A stretch of 64,000 bases of DNA. Origin: a virus. The position numbers were made by a program, and so were the translations under genes. The DNA is taken from positions 64,001 to 128,000 of IMG/VR virus record IMGVR_UViG_3300005529_000024; one strand, given 5' to 3'. The notes beneath the pieces were generated by a model that ran no database searches, was not told the DNA's origin, and worked only from the letters and a program-made list of their open reading frames with translations. Shown in pieces: positions 47,326 to 56,458 of this stretch (positions within the stretch are counted from its first letter, which is position 1; every line of letters begins with the position of its first letter).

Positions 47326-49568
47326 TGGGGAAAGTAATGAAAGTACAGTCAGTTAGAAAACGTGATGGGAGAACAATCCCGTTCGATAAAAATAGGATTG
47401 TCAAGGCTATTACAAAATGTCTAGCAGCTACTAAAGAAGGCAATTCTGATGATGCGCTTAAATTAGCGAATAAGGTAGTGCGCGAGATCAATCAGAAGGA
47501 AGCGGAAGTTATAACCGTGGAAGAGATACAGGACATTGTAGAGAATACTCTGATCTTGTCTGATTTTGTTGTCACAGCTAAAGCCTATATCCTATACAGG
47601 CAGAAACGCGCTATCGTTCGAAAGAAGTCTAAGGATATACCTCAAAATGTCAAAGATCTTGTAAACGAAAGCAAGAAATATTTCAAGTCTCCATATTCAG
47701 AGTTTATTTATTATCGCTCTTATTCTAGGTGGATTCCCTCTGAGAACAGAAGAGAGACATGGATTGAGACGGTTGATCGGTATGTAAATTTTATGCGTCA
47801 GAATCTTGCGGATAAACTGACTGAGCAAGAGTATACCGATATCAGAAATGCAATCTTGAACCAGGAAGTAATGCCGTCTATGCGTCTTTTCTGGAGTGCT
47901 GGTGAAGCTGCTTCGAAGACTAATACTACTGTGTTCAATTGTAGTTTTACGACAGTATCCAGTATTCGAGATTTTTGCGACATCCTCTATATTCTTATGT
48001 GCGGTTGCGGAGTAGGATTTAGCGTAGAACAGCAGCATATTCACAAACTACCTCAAATTGAGTGGCAGAAGAATGGCGAGGTACAGACTCATGTGGTTGA
48101 TGATAGTAAAGAGGGATGGGCTAATGCATTTGAGGTTGGCCTAAAATGTTGGTTCTCTGGTGAGGATGTGGAATTTGATTTCTCTCAGGTAAGGCCAAAT
48201 GGGACTCGTTTGAAGACCATGGGAGGTAAGGCTTCTGGTCCTGCACCATTGAAGTCTCTATTCTCTTTCACACGTAGTAAAATCCTTTCTAAACAGGGTC
48301 GTAGATTATCGTCTCTTGATGTGCATGACATTGTGTGTAAGATTGGGGAGATTGTTGTTACTGGAGGTGTACGAAGATCTGCGCTTCTATCCCTCTCTGA
48401 TTTAGATGATCAGGAAATGCGTGTGGCGAAATCTGGTCAGTTTTATCTGACGGCGAGCCATAGATCATTTGCCAATAACTCTGTCGCATATAATTATAAA
48501 CCCTCGACTACAGAGTTCATGGATGAATGGATCGCACTTGCTAAAAGCGGTACTGGAGAGCGCGGTATTTTCAATCGTGGTAGTCTTCAAAAGCAAATGC
48601 CACAGCGTAGATGGAAGGGATTTAAAAAGGGTCTCTATAGTTCTGGTGTCAATCCTTGTGGTGAGATCATCCTAAAGTCAAAGGAAATGTGCAATCTCTC
48701 TGAGGTTGTAGCCAAGCCAGATGATACTTTTGATAGCTTACTTTATAAGATTCGCTTGGCTACCATTGTCGGTACTTATCAGAGTACTTTAACAGACTTC
48801 AAATATATCTCTCCAGAGTGGAAGAAGAACTGTGATGAAGAGCGTCTGTTGGGTGTTTCAATAACCGGACAATTCGATTGTGCTGTTCTTCGTGATGCTG
48901 AGGTTCTGAAGAATCTTCGTGAGACTGCTATTGAGGTGAACAAAGAATATGCAAAGCGTTTTGGTATTAACGAATCTGTTGCGATTACAGCCATAAAACC
49001 ATCTGGTAGCGTTAGTAGTCTTGTCGATGCGTCTTCAGGAATGCATCCACGTTACGCTAAATATTATATCCGGCGAGTTCGTATTGCTTCTACTGACAGC
49101 TTGCTTAAGATGCTCCAGGATCAGGGATTCCCTGTCTTCCCGGATGTCGGCCAGAATCCAGAGACTTGTACTACCTATGTTCTTGAGTTTCCGATGAAGG
49201 CACCAGAAGGATCTGTTACTCGTAACGATCTTACTGCTATCCAGCAGCTTGAATATTGGAAAATGCTGAAGGTTAACTATACAGAACATAATCCTAGCGT
49301 TACGATTCTCGTTTCTTCTAACGAGTGGATTGAGGTTGCTAATTGGGTGTATAATAATTGGGATATTATTGGTGGGGTGTCTTTCCTACCACGAGAGGAG
49401 CATAACTATATCCTTGCTCCCTATGAGGAAATTACAGAGGAGAAGTATAATGAGATGCTTCAGACTCTTCCTCAAGTAGATTTTTCCCAGATTCTGTTAT
49501 ATGAACAGGAAGATGAGACAGAAGGTCATAGAGAATTAGCCTGTGTCTCCGGTGTTTGTGAACTTTAA
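47325..49568 (+). CDS. nrdJ: Class II (B12-dependent) ribonucleotide reductase with ATP cone
   Basis: VRKRDG ATP cone, FNCSF, GGVRRSA, NPCGEI, IKPSGS, C-terminal ACVSGVC; no beta-subunit gene nearby. Confidence 0.9.
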   Translation: MGKVMKVQSVRKRDGRTIPFDKNRIVKAITKCLAATKEGNSDDALKLANKVVREINQKEAEVITVEEIQDIVENTLILSDFVVTAKAYILYRQKRAIVRKKSKDIPQNVKDLVNESKKYFKSPYSEFIYYRSYSRWIPSENRRETWIETVDRYVNFMRQNLADKLTEQEYTDIRNAILNQEVMPSMRLFWSAGEAASKTNTTVFNCSFTTVSSIRDFCDILYILMCGCGVGFSVEQQHIHKLPQIEWQKNGEVQTHVVDDSKEGWANAFEVGLKCWFSGEDVEFDFSQVRPNGTRLKTMGGKASGPAPLKSLFSFTRSKILSKQGRRLSSLDVHDIVCKIGEIVVTGGVRRSALLSLSDLDDQEMRVAKSGQFYLTASHRSFANNSVAYNYKPSTTEFMDEWIALAKSGTGERGIFNRGSLQKQMPQRRWKGFKKGLYSSGVNPCGEIILKSKEMCNLSEVVAKPDDTFDSLLYKIRLATIVGTYQSTLTDFKYISPEWKKNCDEERLLGVSITGQFDCAVLRDAEVLKNLRETAIEVNKEYAKRFGINESVAITAIKPSGSVSSLVDASSGMHPRYAKYYIRRVRIASTDSLLKMLQDQGFPVFPDVGQNPETCTTYVLEFPMKAPEGSVTRNDLTAIQQLEYWKMLKVNYTEHNPSVTILVSSNEWIEVANWVYNNWDIIGGVSFLPREEHNYILAPYEEITEEKYNEMLQTLPQVDFSQILLYEQEDETEGHRELACVSGVCEL

Positions 49569-49580
49569 AACGAGGCAGAT

Positions 49581-50456
49581 ATGTACAGTGTGAAGATTTT
49601 AGCAGACAGTATAGCACCAAACGGTCAACGTCTTACAACTTGGGAACTTACTTATCCTAGATTTGTTCATTCAGAGCTTATGACGCATAGGCTATTTAGT
49701 CGTAATTCGGCAAGTAGTCGTGCGATTCCTACTGCTAAGCTCATCAATCGTGTAATGACTGATCCTGCATTGCCGGTTTGGTGGGGCAAGAATCAGACGG
49801 GTATGCAAGCCCTTGAGGAATTAGATCCTGATGCAAAGGAGAAGGCTATTGAGGTCTGGCTCAAGGCAAGAGATACAATGGTAGGAGTTGCTGAGGAGCT
49901 AAACAAGATCGGGCTTCATAAGCAGATTGCTAATCGTGTGATCGAACCTTGGATGTTCATTACCGTCATCGTATCAGCTACATGTTATGAAAATTTCTTC
50001 CATTTAAGATGTCATCCTGACGCTCAGCCTGAAATTGGTAAAATTGCTAAAATGATGTTCGAAACATACATCTCGCATGTACCAACACCTTTAGCTTCTG
50101 GAGAATGGCATGTGCCTCTAATTGACAACGAGGATATCGTTAGATGTTTCGTCAAGGCAAATGGTATCTCTCCTGATGGGATGTCCACAAAAGAGGAATG
50201 GGCTAATGCAACATATCTAATCAGGAAGGTTTCTGTAGGTCGTTGTGCTCGTGTATCTTATTTGACACATGATGGTATTCGTGATATCAATCAAGATATT
50301 GAGTTGCATGATAAGCTTAAAAACAGCGGTCACTGGTCTCCATTTGAGCATGTTGCTATGGCTTTGGATCAACCAGACCGGATTGGAAACTTCATTGGAT
50401 GGCTTCAATATCGCAAGTGTTTTGAGAATGAGCATTACGGCGGGTTAATGCCATAA
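49581..50456 (+). CDS. thyX: Flavin-dependent thymidylate synthase
   Basis: ELMTHRLFSRNSASSRAIP, HKQIANR, AQPEI, CARVSY, HWSPFEH. Confidence 0.85.
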   Translation: MYSVKILADSIAPNGQRLTTWELTYPRFVHSELMTHRLFSRNSASSRAIPTAKLINRVMTDPALPVWWGKNQTGMQALEELDPDAKEKAIEVWLKARDTMVGVAEELNKIGLHKQIANRVIEPWMFITVIVSATCYENFFHLRCHPDAQPEIGKIAKMMFETYISHVPTPLASGEWHVPLIDNEDIVRCFVKANGISPDGMSTKEEWANATYLIRKVSVGRCARVSYLTHDGIRDINQDIELHDKLKNSGHWSPFEHVAMALDQPDRIGNFIGWLQYRKCFENEHYGGLMP

Positions 50457-50465
50457 TCTATTAAG

Positions 50466-50510
50466 ATAGCCAATAATTTGTCTTAAATGACGATTATTGG
50501 CTATTTTTAT
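50466..50510 (+). terminator. Rho-independent terminator
   Basis: ATAGCCAATAAT...ATTATTGGCTAT hairpin plus T tract after thyX. Confidence 0.8.
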
Positions 50511-50524
50511 GCCTACATTTGATC

Positions 50525-50553
50525 TTGACAAATATACTGTTAAAAGGTATAAT
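50525..50553 (+). promoter_or_regulatory. Sigma70-type promoter for the tRNA
   Basis: TTGACA-17 bp-TATAAT; tRNA nucleotide 1 lies 7 nt after the -10 box. Confidence 0.9.
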
Positions 50554-50559
50554 ACTTAT

Positions 50560-50651
50560 AGGCCCTTAGTTTAACGGCAAAATCCTGGACTTATAATCCA
50601 GAAGCTCTAGATTGGAGCGCGATACGGGTTCGAATCCCGTAGGGCCTACCA
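50560..50651 (+). tRNA. tRNA with UAU anticodon (Ile) and long variable arm, CCA encoded
   Basis: Acceptor AGGCCCT/AGGGCCT-A-CCA; anticodon arm CTGGA-CTTATAA-TCCAG; variable stem GCTCTA-GAT-TGGAGC; T arm ACGGG-TTCGAAT-CCCGT. Confidence 0.92.
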
Positions 50652-50838
50652 ATTTTAAACACAAGGATCTAAAATGACTAAAGAGGAATACGAGAAAAGC
50701 GTTAAGGAAACTATGATCCGTGACATGCTTTGTATGTATCAAAATGAGAAACTTGGTTATACTCCAGCTTGGATCTCTATGCTTGTTGATCGTCTCTATA
50801 ATGAAGGGTGGAGAAAGACTAACGAACGACCATAGGAG

Positions 50839-51463
50839 GTGGATATGGAGTTTTCAGTCGGTGATTTCGTAAAAGTGAAAGAGATCAGCTATCTTAAGAA
50901 GGATCTCCATGGGAAGATCGGTAAAGTTGTTGGATCTCATGAAAACGATATTTATAGTGTTGAAATCGATGGTATACAGTATGGCTTGCTGGTAGACATG
51001 ATCGAGCTTGCCAATGTGAGCACAATGAAGTTAGAGGTTCTTCCTCCTATTCCAGCAGGAGAGAGTCCATTTATTCATGATGCGTATCACATGGGAGCAC
51101 AGGTCGCTTCCAATGTGTATATCATGCATGAGACGCATAAAACCCAGAAAGCGAAATATATCATCGTTGTGAATACAGAGACAGGTGAGCGTTCAAGAAT
51201 CTGGCTCTAAAGGAGAGGAGGTTGATATGAATGCAATCAAAGGTGATGTTCTCTTGACAAGGGAATTGATCGATGTTCTGACTCCTGAGCATGATCGTAC
51301 AAGCTGTGATGATACCGATCTTGCCAATGCATATGTGGTCTCAAATTCATACGTCCGATGTGTACGTTGCCATCTGCTGGATAATGTCGGGATGTATGTT
51401 CGTGATCTCGGTATCCAACTTGTTGTTTCACAAGAAGCTAAACCAGACACCCCGACTCCATAA
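50839..51463 (+). other. Two small hypothetical genes (50839-51210 with a KOW/SH3-like N-terminus; 51227-51463 Cys-containing)
   Basis: Strong AGGAGG RBSs; FSVGDFVKVK...GKIGKVV pattern. Confidence 0.55.
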
Positions 51464-51472
51464 GGAGATAGA

Positions 51473-52417
51473 ATGAACATTTTGATTAAAATGATTTTTG
51501 GTAGTTACCTTTATGGAACTGCAATTGAGGGCGTGAGCGATAAAGACTTCAAGGGCGTGTTCATGCCAGAGTTCTCTGATATCCTGCTGGCTAGGGTTAG
51601 CAAATCATATCAGACTTCTACCAAGAATGGCGACGGCAAGAATACTACCTCAGATGTCGATTCTGAGTTTTATTCCTTGCATTATTTTATCGAACTGGCT
51701 TGTCAAGGGCAGACTGTTGCCTTGGATATGCTTCACGCTCCAGAGTCCATGTGTTTAATATCGAGCCATATCTGGAGGGATATCGTTGCCCAAAGACATC
51801 TGTTTTATACTCGTAATCTGGACTCTTTTATCGGATATGCGCGTAGGCAAGCATCTAAGTATGGCATTAAGGGTAGCCGTCTTTCCGCTGCCAGTAGCGT
51901 TATCGATTTCCTTAAGAGGTGCTCTCCCTTTGAAACATTGGGCTACTATTGGGAGGAGCTTCCTCTTAGTGAGCATATCTTTAAGCATCCAGGGCAGGCT
52001 ACCAATAACAATCTGAGGGAGTATGAAGTCTGCGGTAGAAAGTTCCAGGAAACCGCTTCTATTTCCTATGTCTTGCCGATCATCGAAAAGTTTTATGCCA
52101 ATTATGGGGATAGGGCAAGACAAGCAGCGGAAAATAAAAATATTGACTGGAAAGCGATTAGCCATGCATACAGAGCAGCATTGCAGGTTAAGCAAATTCT
52201 GACTGAAAAGACGATTACTTTCCCCTTGCCACAGGCCGCTTATCTGAGGGATATCAAGACCGGAAAGCTGGATTATTCTACTGTGGTTGCCCCTGAGCTT
52301 GAAAAATTAATGGCTGAGGTAGAGGCGTTATCATTGAAAAGTGATTTGCCGGAAAGAGTTGATCGGGCTTATTGGGATTATTTTATCAAGGAAGCTATCA
52401 GGCGTTATTACTGGTAG
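51473..52417 (+). CDS. Pol-beta superfamily nucleotidyltransferase (RlaP / NrdC.11-like)
   Basis: FGSYLYGT...SDKDFKGVF, DWKAISHAYR motifs. Confidence 0.8.
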   Translation: MNILIKMIFGSYLYGTAIEGVSDKDFKGVFMPEFSDILLARVSKSYQTSTKNGDGKNTTSDVDSEFYSLHYFIELACQGQTVALDMLHAPESMCLISSHIWRDIVAQRHLFYTRNLDSFIGYARRQASKYGIKGSRLSAASSVIDFLKRCSPFETLGYYWEELPLSEHIFKHPGQATNNNLREYEVCGRKFQETASISYVLPIIEKFYANYGDRARQAAENKNIDWKAISHAYRAALQVKQILTEKTITFPLPQAAYLRDIKTGKLDYSTVVAPELEKLMAEVEALSLKSDLPERVDRAYWDYFIKEAIRRYYW

Positions 52418-52426
52418 AATCAATCC

Positions 52427-52458
52427 TTGACATGAGTATTAAATAATGGTATACTCAT
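52427..52458 (+). promoter_or_regulatory. Sigma70-type promoter overlapped by a palindromic operator
   Basis: TTGACA-17 bp-TATACT; ATGAGTAT (52432-39) and ATACTCAT (52451-58) inverted repeat. Confidence 0.8.
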
Positions 52459-52476
52459 ATGTAGGGAGGATCTCAA

Positions 52477-52992
52477 ATGGCTAAATATGAAGACATACGG
52501 CAAATCTCCAATGCGAATTATGTTGTTAATATACCTTGGGATTATTTAGAAGAATGGCTTGATACCAATGAGCATAGATCTTATGGTATCGAGGTTGAGC
52601 CTGATTTTCAGAGAGCGCATGTCTGGGATGATGCCAAGCGTATCAAATATGTTGAGTTTTGTCTTCGTGGTGGAAGATCCAGCCTGAATATCTATTGGAA
52701 TTGTCCAGGTTGGATGATCGACTTTAAAGGCCCTTTGCAATTGGTTGATGGGCTGCAAAGGTTGACCGCTGTGAGGAAATTTTTGAGCAATGAAATTCCT
52801 GCATTCGGACATTTTCATGATGAGTATACAGATAAGCTGAGTATGACTCGTTGTTATTTCCTTTTTTATATAAACGATCTTGCTTCACGAAAAGATATCC
52901 TTCAGTGGTACTTAGATCTTAATGATGGTGGTGTTGTCCACACCACGGAGGAGCTTGAAAGGGTTAAGAAGCTATTGAGTGAAGCAAAGTAA
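52477..52992 (+). CDS. Stand-alone DUF262 (ParB/Srx-fold, GmrS-like) protein
   Basis: PDFQRAHVW and LVDGLQRLTA motifs, ending in LNDGG. Confidence 0.8.
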   Translation: MAKYEDIRQISNANYVVNIPWDYLEEWLDTNEHRSYGIEVEPDFQRAHVWDDAKRIKYVEFCLRGGRSSLNIYWNCPGWMIDFKGPLQLVDGLQRLTAVRKFLSNEIPAFGHFHDEYTDKLSMTRCYFLFYINDLASRKDILQWYLDLNDGGVVHTTEELERVKKLLSEAK

Positions 52993-53006
52993 CAAAAGGA
53001 GGCTTT

Positions 53007-53600
53007 ATGAAGAAGCTTTTACTTCTTTTTGTTTTATTTATTGCTCTTGGTCAGTCTCTTATGTTTTTAAAGCAGCAATGGATGGACAGGATTATCGCTG
53101 AGTGTGAAGTTCGGGAAGCAGCATTGCGTTCTGAATATAACTCTCGAATTGAGAATTTGACTCGTGTTCACAAACTGTCTAATAAGATCAAGACTGTTAA
53201 TGCTGAATTGAGCGATGAGTATGCCTTGTATCTCGCTTCCATTATCAATAATCGGGCTAAAGATCCAGAGCTTATTGTCGCTTTGACGACAGTTGAGAGC
53301 CGGTTCGTTTCTGATCTTGTTGGGCGACATCAGGATACGGGGTATATGCAGATTCTTCCCTCAACAGCCAAAGCATTGGGCTATGAGGATGCTGATTTGC
53401 GTGATCCAGAAGATAATTTCTCAATCGGTATCCCGTACCTTGAATCGTTAATTGCTAAATATGGTCTGGAAGAAGGTGTTTCACGTTACCGCTGCGGTCA
53501 GAAGAAAGATTGTGTTAAAACCAAGCTTTCTAAGACTTATGTACAGCGTGTTATGAGTCTTTATTCTAAGCTGCAAGAAAACAAAAACAGTAAAATGTAA
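53007..53600 (+). CDS. Membrane-anchored lytic transglycosylase (SLT family)
   Basis: N-terminal hydrophobic segment; VESRF, GYMQILPSTA, DPEDN...YL, TYVQRV. Confidence 0.85.
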   Translation: MKKLLLLFVLFIALGQSLMFLKQQWMDRIIAECEVREAALRSEYNSRIENLTRVHKLSNKIKTVNAELSDEYALYLASIINNRAKDPELIVALTTVESRFVSDLVGRHQDTGYMQILPSTAKALGYEDADLRDPEDNFSIGIPYLESLIAKYGLEEGVSRYRCGQKKDCVKTKLSKTYVQRVMSLYSKLQENKNSKM

Positions 53601-53609
53601 GGAGAAAGA

Positions 53610-54666
53610 ATGGAAAAGATTGTGTTGGAAAGTATCCGGCGTGTTGATGCTGCAATAAACACTCATTATGAGGAAGACTTTAAGCAGCGTATAATAGCTT
53701 ATGCTACTCCGAAAGGATATCATTTAATCGAGCCGTTAATTGATATATTTAATAATGACGGTGTTGACGCACTTCTGGAGGCAGTTAAACCTTTACAGAG
53801 GGATCGATCTTTTGCTCCAGGTATTTATCGTGAACTGCTTGTGTTAGAGTCTCGCGTTCATGCTGATTATAAAAATCAATTTCTGACTGAGAAGAAGGAG
53901 CCTAAAAAGCGAAAGAAGAAACGTGCTCCAGAAGGTCAAGAGCGGGAGCCGTTATCCCAGAAGAATCCTTTCGCCTCACATACACAGGGGCACGTGTTTC
54001 ACGCAATTTTTGAGAAGGGACCGTATTCTGTCGAGGAAGCTGTAAAGATAGCAGCAGAGTCTGGTCTCAAGCTTACTTTTGCTCGTGCGAAGCAATTACC
54101 GTATGAATATCAACGTGGTGATATCGCCGGATTTACAATTGAACAGTCTTATGATGGCGACGTACTGAAATGGAAAGTTGTGCCTGCTCAATCTACAGTG
54201 GGTGTGTCTTAAGATGGAATCAAAACGTGGTTTAGAATCCATTCCAGAGCTACAGTTTATTACGAACTGTGATAAGGATCATGAGATGCCACATGTAGCA
54301 ATCTGGACTAAGGAAGGTCCATTGCACTTCTTCTGGTGTCATAAATGTAAGCAGGCAAAATTTGTTATTGAACCAGACAGAGTGAAATGGGAAAAGCATA
54401 AATCCAGACTTATCGTAAGATTCTTTGATTGGCTTTTTAATGTCTGGTGAGGAGGAAGTATGAGAGGATACAGCACGAGCGAGACAAAAAGGATGGTAAG
54501 AAAGATATTCTTTGGTCGTGCTACCAAAGAGGAAGTATATAAGTTCAAATCTTTCTGTCTCTGCATGGTCAAAAAGGAGTTTCATCCAGTTAAGAGGGAT
54601 TTGTATAATCAGGTTGTCTCAGATAACCTTGAGGTCGCTTATTCCCTTCAGAAGGAACTGCGATGA
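53610..54666 (+). other. Three hypothetical genes (53610-54212, 54214-54450, 54460-54666)
   Basis: Coupled ORFs with RBSs; the first has a basic KKRKKKR linker. Confidence 0.5.
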
Positions 54667-55193
54667 TATTCTTTACGAGCGATACACATTTTTATCATAA
54701 GAATGTAATCAGATACTCTAATCGTCCGTTTTCCTCAGTAGAAGAGATGAATGAGGCACTGATCGAAAAGTGGAACTCTACTGTATCTGTTAAGGATGAA
54801 GTGTATCACCTTGGCGATGTGTCTTTCTCCAGTCTAGGTAATACTCTTTCTATCTTGGATAGATTGAATGGTAGAAAGAAACTGATCCTGGGCAACCATG
54901 ATAGAACTCTTTCAAAGAAATCTGATTTCAAGTCGAGGTTCGAGTGGATCAAAGATTATTATCTTCTTAAAGTCAATGATCCGGATGCGCCTGATGGCGT
55001 TCAGCAAATAGTTCTTTTCCACTATGCGCTTAGGACTTGGGAAAAGATACACTATGGATCTTGGAATCTTTTTGGTCATAGCCATGGTACTCTACCCGAT
55101 AATATATACCTTAAGGCTATGGATGTTGGCGTAGATTGTAATAATTATAAACCTATAAGCTATGAGAGAGTAAAAGATATTATGCGTGTGTGA
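54663..55193 (+). CDS. Calcineurin-like metallophosphoesterase
   Basis: SDTHF, HLGD, GNHD, FHY, GHSHG, DVGVD. Confidence 0.9.
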   Translation: MIFFTSDTHFYHKNVIRYSNRPFSSVEEMNEALIEKWNSTVSVKDEVYHLGDVSFSSLGNTLSILDRLNGRKKLILGNHDRTLSKKSDFKSRFEWIKDYYLLKVNDPDAPDGVQQIVLFHYALRTWEKIHYGSWNLFGHSHGTLPDNIYLKAMDVGVDCNNYKPISYERVKDIMRV

Positions 55194-55339
55194 GTCTCCT
55201 GGGCTACAGGACAGTGCATTACGAAATAGAAGTAATGAGCACACTAGTCCAAAGTAAGGATAAAGACAAGAGGCGTTATTGTTGGCCTAGCTACGGCAGA
55301 GCGTAAGAGGCCCTTGAGGGTAGCGCGTCCCTCTCACAC
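55188..55339 (+). ncRNA. Putative structured non-coding RNA (~150 nt), unassigned
   Basis: GC-richer intergenic segment closed by GTGTGA(G)/(C)TCACAC, with several internal stems and a 3' GAGGG-TAGCGCGT-CCCTC hairpin. Confidence 0.55.
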
Positions 55340-55368
55340 TTATATATAAGCAAAATAGGAGATTAAAG

Positions 55369-55611
55369 ATGAAATTTATTCTTGAGGAAGATAAAGAAGA
55401 TCAGATTCTTTTAAAGCTTGTGAGGTATGGTGATAGTATTGGACTTGTAGCTTCTAGAAAGGGTGATTTGGACTGGTATATCCTTTTCATCAGTAATGAT
55501 GGTACTCTATTTCTTCCTAAAGAGCTTGATGAGGGTTTAGGATTCCGGCTTGACGAAAAAGGCCGTATTAAGGTAGTTGATAAGTGGAGTGAGACGAAAA
55601 CTAATCCTTGA
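55369..55611 (+). CDS. Hypothetical protein
   Basis: AGGAG RBS. Confidence 0.55.
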   Translation: MKFILEEDKEDQILLKLVRYGDSIGLVASRKGDLDWYILFISNDGTLFLPKELDEGLGFRLDEKGRIKVVDKWSETKTNP

Positions 55612-55635
55612 CAAAATAAATAATACTGCTATAAT
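55608..55635 (+). promoter_or_regulatory. Sigma70-type promoter
   Basis: TTGACA-16 bp-TATAAT with extended -10 TG. Confidence 0.75.
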
Positions 55636-55672
55636 TATCTATGAATAGGGTGAACAGGTTTAAACTCTAAAC

Positions 55673-56083
55673 ATGGAGGTTAAAATGCTGGTATCTTATA
55701 CGATTAAACTCAATAGAGATGGTCTCAGCAAAGACGATTTTATTCTAGCTATCAAACATTTACGTAACTATATTACTGGTCTGTCTCTTGCGGTTTCTAA
55801 ACAGGCTGTTGAAGAGGTTCTTCAGAATGGTCAAACTGTTATCACCAATGAAGAATCTCCGGTTCTCTTCGACAATACCGATTATGGCAAGAGGAATCGT
55901 GATACTCTGCGTGGTTCTGCGCTTGCTGCTCTGGAACTTATGGGCTTTTCAATCGCATCCCATAATCCGAAGCTTACCGATACTATTGATTCTCTTAAGC
56001 GCACTGTCCATACAGCGATTGAAAATGGAGAATATTCATTGGCGATTTCATTAATCAACGTTCTTATCGAGAATTCCAAATGA
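55673..56083 (+). CDS. Protein with a ribosomal bL12 C-terminal-domain-like motif
   Basis: ILAIKHLRNYITGLSLAVSKQAVE resembles bL12 KIxVIKxVRxxTGLGLKEAKDLVE; real start may be ATG 55685. Confidence 0.5.
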   Translation: MEVKMLVSYTIKLNRDGLSKDDFILAIKHLRNYITGLSLAVSKQAVEEVLQNGQTVITNEESPVLFDNTDYGKRNRDTLRGSALAALELMGFSIASHNPKLTDTIDSLKRTVHTAIENGEYSLAISLINVLIENSK

Positions 56084-56451
56084 TTACAAGGGTTTCTATA
56101 CCTGTAACTGGCTGTTACGATGACGAATTAGTGTTTTTTAGCTTATATTTTGAGGGTCATCGATCCCCTTGTAAAAAGGATGTCTTGGATGTCCTCAAAG
56201 ATACCATTGATACTTATTCAGATCTTCCAGAAGCTGTTGTTTCTTTCGAGATGAGTAAGGAAGCTTATGAAATCACACAGTCTGTACATGACTGGCAATA
56301 TGTCAACGATCATTCCATTGTTGAGACAAACACATTTGTAGAACATCCTAAATGGGGTCGTCAACCCTATTCCTGGCGTATTCTCGATATCCATAATCTA
56401 GACAGGCTCACAATTCGTCGTCTCAACAAGGAGTTGGGCCGGGAAGATTAG
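56080..56451 (+). CDS. Hypothetical protein
   Basis: ATGA overlap with the upstream gene. Confidence 0.5.
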   Translation: MITRVSIPVTGCYDDELVFFSLYFEGHRSPCKKDVLDVLKDTIDTYSDLPEAVVSFEMSKEAYEITQSVHDWQYVNDHSIVETNTFVEHPKWGRQPYSWRILDIHNLDRLTIRRLNKELGRED

Positions 56452-56458
56452 AAATCCT

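Noticed and set aside
36751-50456. Uracil- or hypermodified-base genome
   Set aside because: ThyX is present and I see no dCMP deaminase, hydroxymethylase, glycosyltransferase or queuosine-pathway genes in the window; the rest of the genome is unseen.
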